A stretch of 64,000 nucleotides of DNA from Octopus sinensis (lineage: Eukaryota): the NCBI RefSeq assembly GCF_006345805.1, contig NC_043016.1, positions 8,742,001-8,806,000 on the forward strand. Reading direction: 5' to 3'. The notes under the pieces were generated by a model that was not told the DNA's origin, did not search any database, and worked only from the letters and a program-made list of their open reading frames with translations. The position numbers were made by a program, and so were the translations under genes. The number at the start of each line of letters is the position of its first letter. Position 1 is the first letter of the stretch. Positions 37,564-51,899 of the stretch are shown piece after piece.

Positions 37564-39086
37564 TGAACGTAAAGACGGACGAAATACCGCTAAGTATTTT
37601 GACTGGCATGATAATGATTCTGCCAGTTTGCTACTTTAAAAATATTAATAATAATAGTTGCAATTATGTTTGTTGATCAGAAAATAAGATGAAATAAAAA
37701 TTAAGTGAAACACGATAAAACTGATCAAAGTTCTCATCGCTACCGACAACTTATCAGCAATGATTAGACCACTGGTTTTCAAAATGAGAAGTACCAATGA
37801 AAAATCTTCTCGGCCCACGTCACATGTTTTATTAATGAGAAAGCAAAATGCATTTTGTATCCGTGTGTGTGTGTGTGCGCGTATGTACTTTCTGTTATAC
37901 CTACAGAAGTGTGCCCCCTGCCTCTGTTAGAAAAATGGATTTTTTTAATGAAATTTTCTACAAACACTTTTCAGGTAGAGTAGATGTAAAATAATAATAA
38001 AATCTGATAGGCGCGCGCATACATATTGACACAATTGATAAATCTTCCAAAATTTCTAGTTTTATTTTGTAGATACGTATAAGTATATGATGTGTGAAAC
38101 CCACCAGTTTTCCTTTTTACATTAAATTCCGATATAATTGTAGTTTACACCACCTGAAGGGTATTTGTGGAAAATTTCATTAAAAAATACCAATTTTTTC
38201 TTTAGTTAGTCGACTTGTGTGGATTGTCCGAAATTTCTTCCCCACCACCTCTGAAAAAATTGTTCACAATAAATTTCAGCATAATCACAATTTACATTAT
38301 CCGAAAGAAATATGAAGAAAATTTCATTAAAAAATACCAATTTTTCTGAAAGTTATGAGACCACAAAGTCGGCGGGGAGTCAAACTTGTATAATTATGTC
38401 TTTTTTTCTTTTCTCTGCCATGATGTCGGACAAGTTTTAATAAGTTTTAAACCATTTTAACTGTTTTAAACGTAACAATTAGTGAACTTTTTTCTTTTTT
38501 TTTTTTTTCTATCAATTTTCGGGTGTATATCCCGGGGAGGGAAGGGAACTGCCCGTCAACCCCTCGGAAAAATGCTGTATTAATCTGAAATTAAGTAATG
38601 TTGATAATGTTAGACGTTCCAAAATATAACACGAGAAGTCGGTGAACACAAGCGATGTGTTTGTTTGTTTATTGACTCGTAATGTTAGTTGCTTGCACTA
38701 TTAACTGCGTAGGGTATAGAAGGCAACGTGTTGATGACTGCTTCATTGTAATGGGACTAGTTGTACAGTTGGTTTGTCTGCAGAGAAATCTTACAGCACG
38801 ATAATTATCATACAAGCAGTCTTCTTCTCTATAGAATCGAATCCTTTTATTTGCTGCAGTCATTGGAGCGCGGCCATACTGAGGCAACGTTTTGAAGGGT
38901 TTTTTGAGGAACGAATTGATCCTCGACTTTGGTACCTTTTTTTTTTCGTTTGTTTTTGTTTTGAAGCTTAGTACTTATTCCATCGTGCTCTTTTTTCTGA
39001 ACCGCTAAGTTACGAGGACGCTAAGAAAACAAAACCGATTGTGAAACGTGGGGGGGGGGACATCACAAAGACACACATACATATTA

Positions 39087-39121
<35 letters not shown>

Positions 39122-39974
39122 TAGGCTTTTTTAAAGTTTCCTTCAACCAAATCCTCTAGCGAGCCCTTGGTTGGCCCTCGTCTATAGTAGAAGGCACTTT
39201 TTCAAGGTTCCACGTAGTGGACCTAACCCGAAATCATGAGTTTTGGGAAGCAAACTACTAACCTCAGAGCCACGTCTGACCCTGTAAAAGCTGATTAACA
39301 GGCTGGGGGCCAGGTGTAAAATGTAGCAGCCTGAATATTCCCTCTAGTTTCTGCGCGTGCACACGTATTTTGCAACGAGTGCACAAAAGACAAGTTGTCT
39401 AAGATAATGTAGCAATTAATTAGTACCGTTATTGAAAATGATCTCACAACCAACTGTATCAGTCGTAACAAGTTCGCTTTTGACTTCTATAAATCGTCTT
39501 TGTGCTCATTTAGAAGAACAGGTTTTCTTGAAGTTTACTTTCTTTTCTTTCTTTATTTAATTTTGTCTCCCTCCCACCATTTCTATGCAATTGCTGAGAG
39601 ACTAATGCTTAAAATGTGTCATTATTCTCATGCTGAAATAAAAGTAATTCTTAGGTTTACATTTGCACAAACATTCTGTATGTACATGCTTTTTGTCATA
39701 GAAAAAAAAGACATTTTGCACCGCATAAGAATTTTTACGCACACAGACAAATGAATTAAAGGAAAACATTTGTTCTCTCCTATCATTATTTCAACTGGTA
39801 CCAAGGGGCCAAGTCAGATGTAAACTATAGGCCCCGCGTTAACTTGCTCATTAAGCATTTTGATAATCAGCGCTGAATGTATAATTTACATATGAGTCAC
39901 AGGTATATATAATGTACACATATTGTGCAAGATGTACTCATAACTGGACCAGAACACTTTATAATAGAGATAAT

Positions 39975-40402
39975 GGATCTTTTCAGTTTGAACGGCAGTT
40001 TTTTCTAGCGGTGTCATATGAAATTGTCACCCATAATTATGACCCTAGTATCGATCTATTGCATTTCAATCTGTTTTAGGGTTAGGGTTAGTTAGGGTTA
40101 GGGGTGGGGGAAGGGTATCTTTTTTTCTTCAGAAATGTAAAAAAACCCAATCTGTTACTTAAACGAGGGACATATTCATACGGCACAGAATGTTTTTTTT
40201 TACCTCAATAGACGTCAGTGATTGGTTAAAATTGCAGAAATTGAAGAAAAAAACAACAAATATCTTACAAACCATAGAATTTTCTCAATAAAGCCAAGAG
40301 AAAAAGATGTTTTATAAACACATTCTACCAGTATACGAAGTTTAAAATTTTTTAGTTATCTAGAAATTATGTTAAAAACTGCCGTTCAAACCGAAAAGAT
40401 CC
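39975..40402 (-). mobile_element. Merlin-like MITE, inverted copy, with (TTAGGG)n
   Basis: Same TIRs as the 31597 copy; TSD GAGATAAT. Confidence 0.92.
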
Positions 40403-40993
40403 GAGATAATTCTTTCCCAAAGAGTCCTGCTTTTGAGGAACAATAGTTTTCCCTCCCTCAAAATTCGTAGGTCATAAATAACTAACATAGGGTGTGCTGC
40501 AAACCACATTTGGCCGCCGCTTTATTGACATGAGATTGCTGTAGTTGAAGTTATGTTACGTTTTTGGAAGCGGGGAAAGCCAAATCTAGGCTATGACAAC
40601 TAACCTTTTTTCAGTTCTGGCCTGACATTTAGTGTTCATTTATATAGTACATTTCGAAGGCGTGGGCATATCGAACAAGGGTAAAGGGACCCAATTTCAT
40701 TTATGTATTGCTGTCAATAAATAAATACTATAGGTCCCAGAGCATTGATTTGTCCGGGTGCCTGTAATACTACAAAGACAGCCCTGCATCTACATAGTTT
40801 TTCATAACACTGTAATAGCTTATAGCACAGAATAAATAGTCCATTTCCAAAACCAGTTCATTTCGCATGAAGAGTCGCGATTCCTGGTAGAAATAAGGAA
40901 TTTTCCAGTTTAGTCAGGAACGCGGTGCGAGTGGGCAGTTTTCAAAGTAATGCACAGTGTGAACTTTGTTTCCACTATACTGTTACTTTAGAG

Positions 40994-41194
40994 CAGTGCT
41001 TTTCAACCTTTTTGCTGGAGCGGAACCCCAAGGAAGCATTCCACTGGCTCGAGGAACCCCTGTGCAATAATTTAATAGATTTATGCACACATATCTGCAC
41101 AGGAGAATTAAAAATTACTGCCGATTTTAGTAGTTTTGTAACTTCTTGCGGAACCCCTGGACTGTACTGGCGGAACCCTTTTTGAAAACCACTG
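40994..41194. mobile_element. hAT (Charlie-like) MITE
   Basis: TIR CAGTGSTTTTCAA; 8-bp TSD CTTTAGAG/CTCTAGAG. Confidence 0.85.
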
Positions 41195-44100
41195 CTCTAG
41201 AGAATCGTTAACTGTGTTATCTCACCGATCTCAGAGAGCCAGGAAAGGCCCATAGTCGCTGCCTTTTTCTCTAAACCATACCAATTAAAAATAAAAAGGA
41301 GGAATCAATCCTACCCTCGAACTAATATTTGTAGTATTTGTGTCTAAGTGTTACTAATGCTGTCAAGGAAGCAAAAACGATCGATAGCCGGGATCAATTT
41401 TCGCTCAGTATAAATCGAAACTGACAGTGACTTTCTCTTTCGAGGACAGTAAAAATAAGTACCTGTTACAATAATACTATCGATATAATCACCTATACCG
41501 CGCTGGAAAAATGCTTAGCGGTATTTCGAGTGCCGCTACGTTCTGAGTTCAAATTCTGCCGAGGTCGACTTTGCCTTTCATCCTTTCGGGGTCGATTAAA
41601 TAAGTACCAGTTACGCACTGGGGTCGATGTAATTGACTTAATCCCTTTGTCTGTCCTTGTTTGTCCCCTCTGTGTTTAGCCCCTTGTGGGTAATAAAGAA
41701 ATAGGTATTTCGTCTGCCGCTACGTTCTGAGTTCAAATTCCGCCGAGGTCGACTTTACCTTTCATCCTTTCGGGGTCGATTAAATAAGTACCAGTTAGGC
41801 ATTGGGGGTCGATGTAATCGACTTAATCCCTTTGTCTGTCCTTGTTTGTCCCCTCAGTGTTTAGCCCCTTGTGGGTAATAAAGAAATATGTATTTCGTCT
41901 GCCGCAACGTTCTGAGTTCAAATTCTGCCGAGGTCGACTTTACCTTTCATCCTTTCGGGGTCGATTAAATAAGTACCAGTTACGCATTGGGGTCGAGGTA
42001 ATCGACTTAATCCCTTTGTCTGTCCTTGTTTGTCCCCTCACTGTTTAGCCCCTTGTGGGTAATAAAGAAATAGGTATTTCGTCTGCCGCTACATTCTGAG
42101 TTCAAATTCCGCCGAGGTCGACTTTGCCTTTCATCTTTTCGGGGTCGATAAATTAAGAACCAGTTACGCACTGGGGTCGATGTAATCGACTTAATCCCTT
42201 TGTCTGTCCTTGTTTGTCCTCTCTGTGTTTAGCCCCTTGAGGGTAGTAAAAAAATAGGTATTTCCCAGCGGCTTTATGTTCCGCGTTCAAATACCGCGGG
42301 GGTCAACTTTGTCTTTCATTTTTTTTGGGGCGGTGGGGGGGTCGATAAAATAAGTATCATTTGAGCATTACAAGTCGATGTTATCGACTTTGTCCTTCTC
42401 CGAAATTGCTGGTCTTGTGCCAAAATTTGACATCGATATAATCACTTATACTTTTTGTCCATTCTGTTCTGAATATCACCGAAATTTTCCTCTAAATCAC
42501 ATTCTATCCATTTTAAATAAGAGACGCGACAGATCCTAAATAGGCTGTATCTAAAAAAAAAAATTTTTTAATTTAAAAAAAAACGGAAAAGAAAGAAGAC
42601 AGCATAGCGACGACTGACTGGAATGTCTTTACAAATATGCCTGCTTGATCAGAGCTGACCTGGGGCTAAACAACAACAGCAGAGAATAGTGTAGCAATTA
42701 TAGTAACAACAGAGTTAGTAGAACTGAAGATAATGGTAAGATAATGGTCCAAGCTGACTGACTTTCTTAAAATGACATTTGATTGGTCAACTCAAATGTT
42801 ACGTCACTACTAAGAAATGGCAGCCATGAAACCTGGTGAGTTGGCACATGATTCGAATAGTTTTGTAATCTTTTCATTCCATAACTTTTCCTAATTAATT
42901 TTCCTCATTTAAAATTTTTTTTTAGTAAATGAATATTTGTTACATCCATTACGTTAATTTTCTTTTTTTTTCTTTACGGTGTTGACAATGGAAATGTGTT
43001 GATAGTTAGAATGTTTTCATTCGTTTGTTTTGTTTTTTTTCTTTTTTTTTTTATAAATTTCCTCTCGCATTTTGCATAGTTTTAATTGTTTATTTTTTTA
43101 TCGATTCGTTGAAGGGACACTGAGTATTGTTGATCAGTATACAACGGTCCTATTATTTCGTGGGGGAGACAGTTATCAAAATTCCTACTCCTTCGGTTTT
43201 AGTTTTCTTGTTTCTTTTCTTCGAATATCATATATATATACTTACATATATGTGTATGTATGTGCTTGCGTATGTATGTATGTATGTATGTATGTGTGTG
43301 TGTGTGTAGGTGTAGAATTCTTTATTGATCGCTGCACGATGATAAAACAAGAACATATTTTCGAAGACTACAAAGGGATATATGAGTTTCATACATGAGT
43401 TTCAGAAAATAAAATTCGGTTACTATTTCCACAGATTACTATAAGTCTATAAAAGTGCACAGAGTGTTGCCTTCACATGCCGCGAAGTTCAATTTGGCAT
43501 TCCATTGGGTCTCCTGCTAAATCTTAAAAATACATAACATTCACTTTTGAAGTAATAACCAATATTTATAATTTTCTAACTTTATATACAGACACGCATT
43601 GGAACAATATACTTAACTTATGTCAACTTCTTAATTGGCCTTACGCAAGTGTCATTAAAGCTATTTATTTACTTTGAATGAAATGACGTTCTCTCAACTT
43701 TACGCATTATTCAAGTCATTAAAATGCCATCAACTTTCAGTTACTTAAAATTTTATTTTTTAGTTATAATATAATATTATAATATTAAATATAAAGATTG
43801 TTAAGATTCCTCTTCGAGATGTTTTAATTTTGAATGTTGATCGGTTCGAGAAACAATTTGTTTCTTTTTTCTTACTTTTTTGTTGTTGTTGTTGTTGTCG
43901 TCTTTTTATTACGTGGAAAACCAACTATTATTTCATACAAATTTATTCATATATTCCTTGACATTTGTCACGATGGGAAAACGCTGAACCCGTGAGATCA
44001 ATTTTAAATTGTTGTATTTATAGATTTTTGTTTCTAAACGCATTGTCCTGATTATAATCACTGTTGAGATAGTGGTGTTTATTACCTGTGTATATGTATG

Positions 44101-44567
44101 TATGTATGTGGGTGTGTACTTTTTTTTTTTATTTGTTTAGGTCGTTGCACTGCTGTCATGCTGGGGCATTTGGCCTTGCAGGCTTTAGTCGAATAAATCG
44201 ACTCAGCACTTATTTTTTGAAGTCTACTACATTTTTCAATTATACTCTTTTGCCGAACCACTTAGGAGACGTAAACAAATCGATACCGGTTGTCAAACGT
44301 GTGGGTGGGGCAAATACACATATATGCACACACACACACACACACACACGCGATGGACTTTCACACTATTTCTTCTAATGAATTCACTCACAAGGCATAA
44401 GTCGACCCAGAACTAAAGTTGAAGACACTTGCTCAAGATGCTGCATAGCGGGTCAGAACTGGAAACCACGTGTTTGCAACGCGTCCAGCCACTTCATCGC
44501 TCTGTGGTGCTTTTCTTCACTGCTGGAGTGTATATATATATGTGCGTGTGTGTATACATATGTGTAT

Positions 44568-44610
<43 letters not shown>

Positions 44611-44854
44611 TGTGTGTGTTTGTGTGTCTGTCTCCCTAGCATTGCTTGACAACCGATGCTGGTGTGTTTATGTCCCCGTTACTTAGCGGTTCGGCAAAAG
44701 AGACCGATAGAATACTGGGCTTACAAAAAGAATAAGTCCTGGGGTCGAGTTGCTCGATTAAATGCGGTGCTCCAGCATGGCCGCAGTCAAATGACTGAAA
44801 CAAGTAAAAGAGTAAAAGAGAAGAATATATATATATAATATATAATATATATAA

Positions 44855-45025
44855 AGGGAAAGTTTACGAAAATAAACAAAAGACGAAGGTAGGTGGTGTA
44901 CAAACAAACAGATGTATTAGTATAGCGCTCAGGAATAGAAAAAGTCTTTTATGTTTCGAGCCTAAGCTCTTCTACAGAAAGGGACACAGAAAAAACAAGG
45001 AGAGAAAAAAATGTGTGTAGTAGCT
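44855..45025 (-). mobile_element. ~200-bp element with variant hammerhead-like motif next to (TA)n; sister copy at 50085-50297 (+)
   Basis: Both copies share CTTT-CTGTWGA-A-GAGC-NTAG-GCTC-GAAA-CRT-W-AAAGA and downstream CCTGAGCGCYATACTAATAC...CTTCGTCTTTTGTTTATTTTC. Confidence 0.7.
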
Positions 45026-45830
45026 ATATCATCAGTATCATCATCCTCATCGTTTTACATCCGCTTTCTATGCTGGTATGGGTTGGACGGTTTGACTGAG
45101 GACTGGTTAGCCAGTGGCTGCACCAGGCTCAGTCTGATCTGGCAAAGTTTGTACAGCTGGATGCACTTCCTAACACCAACAACTCTGAGATTGTTGTGAG
45201 TGCTTTTATGTGATACCGAATGCCAGTCAGGCAGTTCTGGTAATAACCACGCTCAAAAGGTGTTTTTATGTGCTACCTGCATGGGAACCAGTCCGGTGGC
45301 ACTGGCAACGACCACGCTCAAATGTTGTTTTTCATGTTATACCAACACATGTGCTGGTAAAGCGATGATGGAAATACTCACACTCAAACGGTGCTTTTCA
45401 CGTGTCACTGCCATGGGAGCCAATCCGTGGCCCTGGCACTTGGATGTGCTTTTAACGTTCCACTGGCATGAGTGCCAATCAGGCAATACTCATCGGCCTC
45501 GTCAGCGATTCTGATTTGTTTACACTTGCCTGAATATGTCTTTGCATGCAAAGTTTATTGTCCAATGAACGAGGGGTACACATAAGTGGGCCGGTTACAC
45601 CCTACGTTCGGATGTGCTTTTAATGTTCCACTGGCATGAGTGCCAATTAGGGTGTACTGTCACCGGCAGTATATATATATATATAATATATATACATATA
45701 TATATATATATATGTATGTATGTATGTATATATATGAATATATATATATATGTATGTATGTATATATATGAATATATATATATATGTATGTATATATATG
45801 AATATATAATAATATGTATGTATATATATG

Positions 45831-45877
<47 letters not shown>

Positions 45878-45878
<1 letters not shown>

Positions 45879-46936
45879 CTAGAAATAGTTGATAGTTTCC
45901 GTTACCTAGGTGACAAGTCAGGGGCGGGGTTGTGCTGAAAGTGTAACTGCTAGAGTAAGAATAGCTTGGGCAAAGTTCAGAGAGCTCTTACCTCTGCTGG
46001 TGACAAGAGGCTCTCGCACAGAGTAAAAGGCAGACTGTATGATGCGTGTGTACGAACAGCCATGCTACATGGCAGTGAACATGGGCCGTGACTGCTGAGG
46101 ATATGCGTAAGCTCGCAAGAAATGAAGCCAGTATGCTCCGATGGATGTGTAATGTCAGTACTCATACGCGGCAGAGTGTAGTACCTTGAGAGAAAAGCTG
46201 GACCTACGAAGCATCAGTTGGGGTGTGCAAGAGAGACGTTGCGCTGGTAGGGCATGTGGCGAGAATGGATGAAGATAGTTGTGTGAAAAGTGCCACACCC
46301 TAGCGGTTGAGGGAACCTGTGGAAGAGGCAGACCCAGGAAAACCTGGGACGAGGTGGTGAAGCACGACCTTCGAACTTTAGGTCTCACTGAGGAAATGAC
46401 TAGAGACCGAGACCTCTGGAAGTGTGCTGTGCGCGAGAAGACCCGGCAGGACAAGTGAGACCATAACCCGTGGCCTTCTACATGGGATGGAGCCAGCCTA
46501 CGTATGCATATCTTCCCTTCTTGGGAGACAAAACTCTACTTGTGAAGACCTGTTGAGGCAAGTGAGGATCAGAATCGAAATCGATCAATGGAAATTGCAG
46601 ATGTGTTACCAGTGCCGGTGGCATGTAAGATAACCATCCATTCGTGACCATTGCCAGCGCCGCCCCGACTGGCCACGTGCCGGTGGCACATAAAAAGCAC
46701 CATCCGTTCGTGGCCGTTTGCCAGCACTGTCTGGCACTTGTGCGGGTGGCACGTAAAAAGCACCCACTACACTCACGGAGTGGTTGGCGTTAGGAAGGGC
46801 ATCCAGCCGTAGAAACACTGCCAGATCTGACTAGGCCTGATGAAGCCTTCCGGCTTCACAGACCCCAGTTGAACCGTCCAACCCATGCTAGCATGGAAAA
46901 TGGACGCTAAACGATGATGATGATGATGATGATGAT
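45878..46936 (+). mobile_element. 5'-truncated RTE-clade LINE with 3' UTR and (GAT)n tail. The tail alone recurs at ~6195-6430, 15210-15600, 45030-45670, 53222-53385, 55800-56130, 56400-56812, 57140-57290, 63490-63630
   Basis: [11 protein letters not shown]...[12 protein letters not shown]...RLYDACVRTAMLHGSE...RNEASMLRWMC...RGRPRKTWDEVV; 3' GGAAGGGCATCCAGCCGTAGAAAC...(GAT)n. Confidence 0.92.
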
Positions 46937-46945
46937 ATATATATG

Positions 46946-46981
<36 letters not shown>

Positions 46982-47179
46982 GCAGCACGGATTTTTGTCA
47001 GTGAAAACAGGCGCGGATTTTAGCGACGAAAATATTTTGACAAATTAAACTTAAATGTTGAAGTGAATCGAACGGCTTTGTGGTATTTCTTAAATGGCTT
47101 ACAACACCTTCCACGCTGCAATTGTTTTCGTTTCAGCACACGATCTCAGATCAAATCACTTGCTATGCAAGTACATCTC

Positions 47180-48015
47180 CCCTATCATATATATGAATAT
47201 ATATATATGAATATATATATATATGAATATATATATATATGAATATATATATGTATATATAATATGTATGTATGTATATATATATGTGTGTATACTATAT
47301 ATATATGTATGTATATATATATATGTATATATATTATATATGTGGTATATATATATAATGTATGAATAATATGTATGTATATATATATTATGTGTTATAT
47401 GTATGTATAATATGTATGTATATAGATATATGTGTATATATATATATGTATGTATATATATATATGTATGTATATATATATGTATATATATGTATGTATG
47501 TATATATATATGTGTATGTATATATGTATGTATATATATATGTATGTATATATGTATGTATATATATATATGTATGTATATATGTATGTATATATATATA
47601 GTATATATATGTATGTTATGTGTATGTATATTATATGTATGTATATATATGTAGATATATATGTATGTAAATATATATGTATGTAAATTATATGTATGTA
47701 TATATATATGTATGTATATATATATGTATATATATATATGTATGTATATATATATATATGTATGTATGTATATATGTATGTATGTATATATGTAGATTGT
47801 ATATATATGTATGTATGTCATATGTATGTATGTACATATATATGTATGTACATATATATGTATGTACATTATATATGTATTATGTTATATATATATGAAT
47901 ATATTATATATATATGTATATATATATGTATGTATATATATATGTATGTATATATATATGTATATATATGTATGTATGTATATATCATGTATGTATGTAT
48001 ATATATATATGTATA
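47180..48015. repeat. (TA)/(TATG) microsatellite; similar tracts at 45670-45875, 51455-51830, 52960-53225, 56810-57140, 57290-57942
   Basis: Direct inspection. Confidence 0.96.
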
Positions 48016-48377
48016 AACTTAGAATAACTAGAAAGGTTTTTGGCCAGTATTGGCCCAGCCATGTCTAACTTAATAGCACCACCTGGCGAAGTCTTTCAGT
48101 TCAGGATTTGGGCACCAAGGCCCATTCGAGCAGAGAGTTATTGTTTGCGGAGACATATCCGGTGGGGGTGGTTTGTCCGGTACTGTTTGAAGGAATTTGT
48201 CCAAAGACTTCTTGAATTTGTGTGGTAGTAGTTTCTTTTTTGACGTGTCCTGGTGTAATGTTGAAGAAGAGAGCAGGTCCAAATGAGGTGAAATAGTTGT
48301 GCCGTATTGTCGTTATGTGATGCGATTTTAGCTTTTGTTGTGGACGGATGGCACGTGGTCCAAATGTATATATGTAG

Positions 48378-48455
<78 letters not shown>

Positions 48456-48480
48456 TGTATTATATATATATGTATGTAAA

Positions 48481-48511
<31 letters not shown>

Positions 48512-49214
48512 TATTTTATTACTATTTCAGCTTCGCCTTGTATTGCATATTATTTCTCCATACAGGGTTTTTTCAATGGCGGCCCATTTTCGCGGGGTTC
48601 CACTATTTCCCTTCTCTCTCTCCCTCTTTTACGTTGTCTGCCATCCCCCTCTTCCTTTGCTAAGAGCATTTAAGCCAGCCCGTCATATTCCCGTGTCAGG
48701 CCGAAGAACGAAATGTTCCCAAGATAAGAGAGTCTTTCTAATCTAATGTTGTGGTTGAGCTGTTTATTATTTATTATTATTACTATTATTAGTAGTATTA
48801 GTATTGTCCCCTTTGATCCTCGGTCGAAAATTTGCTTATTTATTATTATTATTATTATTATATTATTAATTATTATTATTATTACTATTTTCAGCTTCGC
48901 CTTGTATTGCTATTATTTCTCCATACAGGGGTTTTTCAATGGCGGCCCATTTTCGCGGGGTTCCACTATTTCCCTTCTCTCTCTCCCTCTTTCGTGTTGT
49001 CTGCCATCCCCCCTCTTCCTTTGCTAAGAGCATTTTTAAGCCAGCCGTCATATTCCCGTGTCAGGCCGAAGAACGAAATGTTCCCAAGATAAGAGAGTCT
49101 TTTCTAATCTAATGTTGTGGTTGAGCTGTTTATTATTTATTATTATTTACTATTATTAGTAGTATTAGTATTTTGCCCTTTGATCCTCGGTCGAAAATTT
49201 GCTTATTATTATTA

Positions 49215-49250
<36 letters not shown>

Positions 49251-49419
49251 TTTCAGCTTCGCCTTGTATTGCATATTATTTCTCCATACAGGGGTTTTTC
49301 AATGGCGGCCCATTTTCGCGGGGTTCCACTATTTCCCTTCTCTCTCTCCCTCTTTTACGTTGTCTGCCATCCCCCCTCTTCCTTTGCTAAGAGCATTTTT
49401 AAGCCAGCCCGTCATATTC
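48481..49419. repeat. Tandem array, ~362-bp unit x2.6
   Basis: TTCAGCTTCGCCTTGTATTGC recurs at ~48526, 48891 and 49252. Confidence 0.93.
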
Positions 49420-49917
49420 CGGTGCACCCGCCCTTGCCCACCCCCACCACCAATACCGATATCTCTATATTTTTGCTCATCTATACGGATGTCGCTTCTC
49501 CCACCACCATTATAGGTGTCTACTCTTCGAACCCCCCTCTTCAATACGCTATTTGACCATGCATTACCCCTCTCTTGATATCCTACGTTCTACTTGCCTA
49601 GAACCTGTCATCATTTTCTGAACACCCCTCCCCACTGGGCTCCCTATATTTCTCCCCCCCCACATAAAAAGCACCATCCGAACGTGGCCGATGCCAACCC
49701 CCTGACCCTCTGGCACTGTGCAGGTGGCACGTAAAAAACACCCACTACACTCGCGGAGTGGTTGGCGTTAGGAAGGGCATCCAAGCTGTAGAAACACTGC
49801 CAGACTAGACTGGAGCCTGGGGCAGTCCCGAGCTCCCCGACCCCGGTCGAAACCGTCCAACCCGTGCTAGCGCGGAAAACGGACGTTAAATGATGATGAT
49901 GATGATGATGATGATGA
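49420..49917 (+). mobile_element. Non-autonomous RTE-tailed element; inverted sister copy at 54590-55085
   Basis: ~240 bp unique body plus RTE 3' tail plus (GAT)n; near-identical reverse complement at 54590-55085. Confidence 0.8.
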
Positions 49918-50315
49918 TATATATATGTATGTATGTACATATGTATGTATATATATATGTATATATATATATATTGTATGTACATAGTATGTATGTATAT
50001 ATATATGTATATATATATATGTATGTATGTACATATATATGTATGTACATATATATGTATGTATATATATATATGTATATATACATCGCCATGTTGATTC
50101 GTTAGCTACTGCACGCATTTTTTCTCTCTCCTTCTTTCTGTGTTTTTCTCTCTCTGTGTATCTTTCTGTTGAAGAGCGTAGGCTCGAAACGTTAAAGACT
50201 TGTTTTATTTATATTTCCTGAGCGCCATACTAATACAATTGTTCGTTTGTTTTCCACCTGCCTTCGTCTTTTGTTTATTTTCATAAAGCTTCCCGTGTAT
50301 ATATATGTATATATG

Positions 50316-50346
<31 letters not shown>

Positions 50347-50359
50347 TGTATATATATAT

Positions 50360-50397
<38 letters not shown>

Positions 50398-51456
50398 TAT
50401 ATGAATATATGTATGTACTATTATATGTATATATATGAATATATATGTTGTTTTGTGTATATATATATGTAATATATGTATATCTATATATATAAAACTG
50501 TAGTTGTGTGAGTGTCTGTCCCCTTCGATTAGTTCCTACTCCTCCCACATTTTGCGGTGCAGTTTACCAAATTCGGGTATCTTATAGTCGTGATTCATAT
50601 CGAGCCCGTCTGAGTATTAGCGTGCGTCTACGATGAGTCTACGATTTTTTAAATAATTTAACATCATTTTTTTATCCCATTTTAATGCATAATTTTTCGT
50701 GTGTCGATGGCGGCGGAGTTGGCGTCCACGCTCAAACACCTGCACCTGTGTTTGCTTCTCCCCCTTCTCCTCCCTCGTGAAGCTGGGGGAGGGAGTGTAA
50801 GGAAATCACGTCGTAAAGCGTGTTTAAGGAGACCAGCGTTCTTTTAGAACAACGACTTCATGGCTTGAAGACACCAAAACAGAAATGGCTAAGAAAGACC
50901 GCCCGAATTGGCATCTATAAGGGAAGTAACTCTCTAAAAATGCTTATATAGTTATTTCCCTTACAAACCCGAGCAATGCTGGGCGATACTGCTAGTATAG
51001 GTATAAAAATTATATATAAAGAAACAAGAACGTGAAATACACAAACAGACGACACAAAAAACGGATGGGTCATTCGAAGCCTTTAATCTTCAGTCAGAAA
51101 CCTGATCATCATAGCAAATTTCGGCTGATTAATCCTGATATTGCTCCGACACGGCCAGCCCCAATGAAAAACTAAGCTGCGAGCATTAGATTTCTTGGAA
51201 AAAGGAACGAAGGTAAACGAAACAAGGACAGAAAAACGGACGAATATAAATATAAAAAACGAAAACAAAAATAAAGATAAAAACAAGAATGGTAATAACA
51301 GGATAACAGCAGGTGTCTTACGACTTTAGACAAATTGAGACATTGCCTTTTCGGCAGACGGGAACGATGTTGAACTGGTAGTGGTCACCAACGAAATGGC
51401 TGGTTATTCAGCAGGTCACATGAGGGTAGAGAGAGAGAGAAAGAGGATGGAAGGAA

Positions 51457-51490
<34 letters not shown>

Positions 51491-51651
51491 GTGTATATAT
51501 ATACATGTATATATATATATATGTATGTATATGTATATATATATATGTATATGTATATATGTATATGTATATATGTATATATATATATGTATGTATATGT
51601 ATGTATGTATATATATGTATGTATATGTATATGTATGTATGTATATATATG

Positions 51652-51683
<32 letters not shown>

Positions 51684-51799
51684 TGTATGTATGTATATAT
51701 ATATGTATGTATATGTATATATATGTAAGTATGTATATGTATATATATATGCATGCATATGTGTATATGTATATGTATATATATATGCATGCATATGTG

Positions 51800-51830
<31 letters not shown>

Positions 51831-51899
51831 TTTATATTTAGTTTCAGCTAATGAGCTGTGGCCATGCTGGGGCACTGCCATTTGGTGTTGCTACATAAT

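Noticed and set aside
41505-42265. Regular repeats resembling a CRISPR array
   Set aside because: Whole ~184-bp units repeat with no unique spacers; eukaryotic SINE multimer; no cas genes.
46830-46860. CTGATGA as a hammerhead core (also on the minus strand near 51995)
   Set aside because: Point variant of the RTE tail (other copies read CCTGGTGCAG) or PDEP codons; no GAAA/stem III.
48695-48725. GG-CCGAAGA-AC-GAAA-TG-TT-CC hammerhead-like string in the 362-bp repeat
   Set aside because: No stem II and only 2-bp stem I; insufficient without covariation.
51085-51165. CGAAA...CTGAAGA on the minus strand
   Set aside because: Probably a decayed Penelope-type repeat, but stems could not be drawn.
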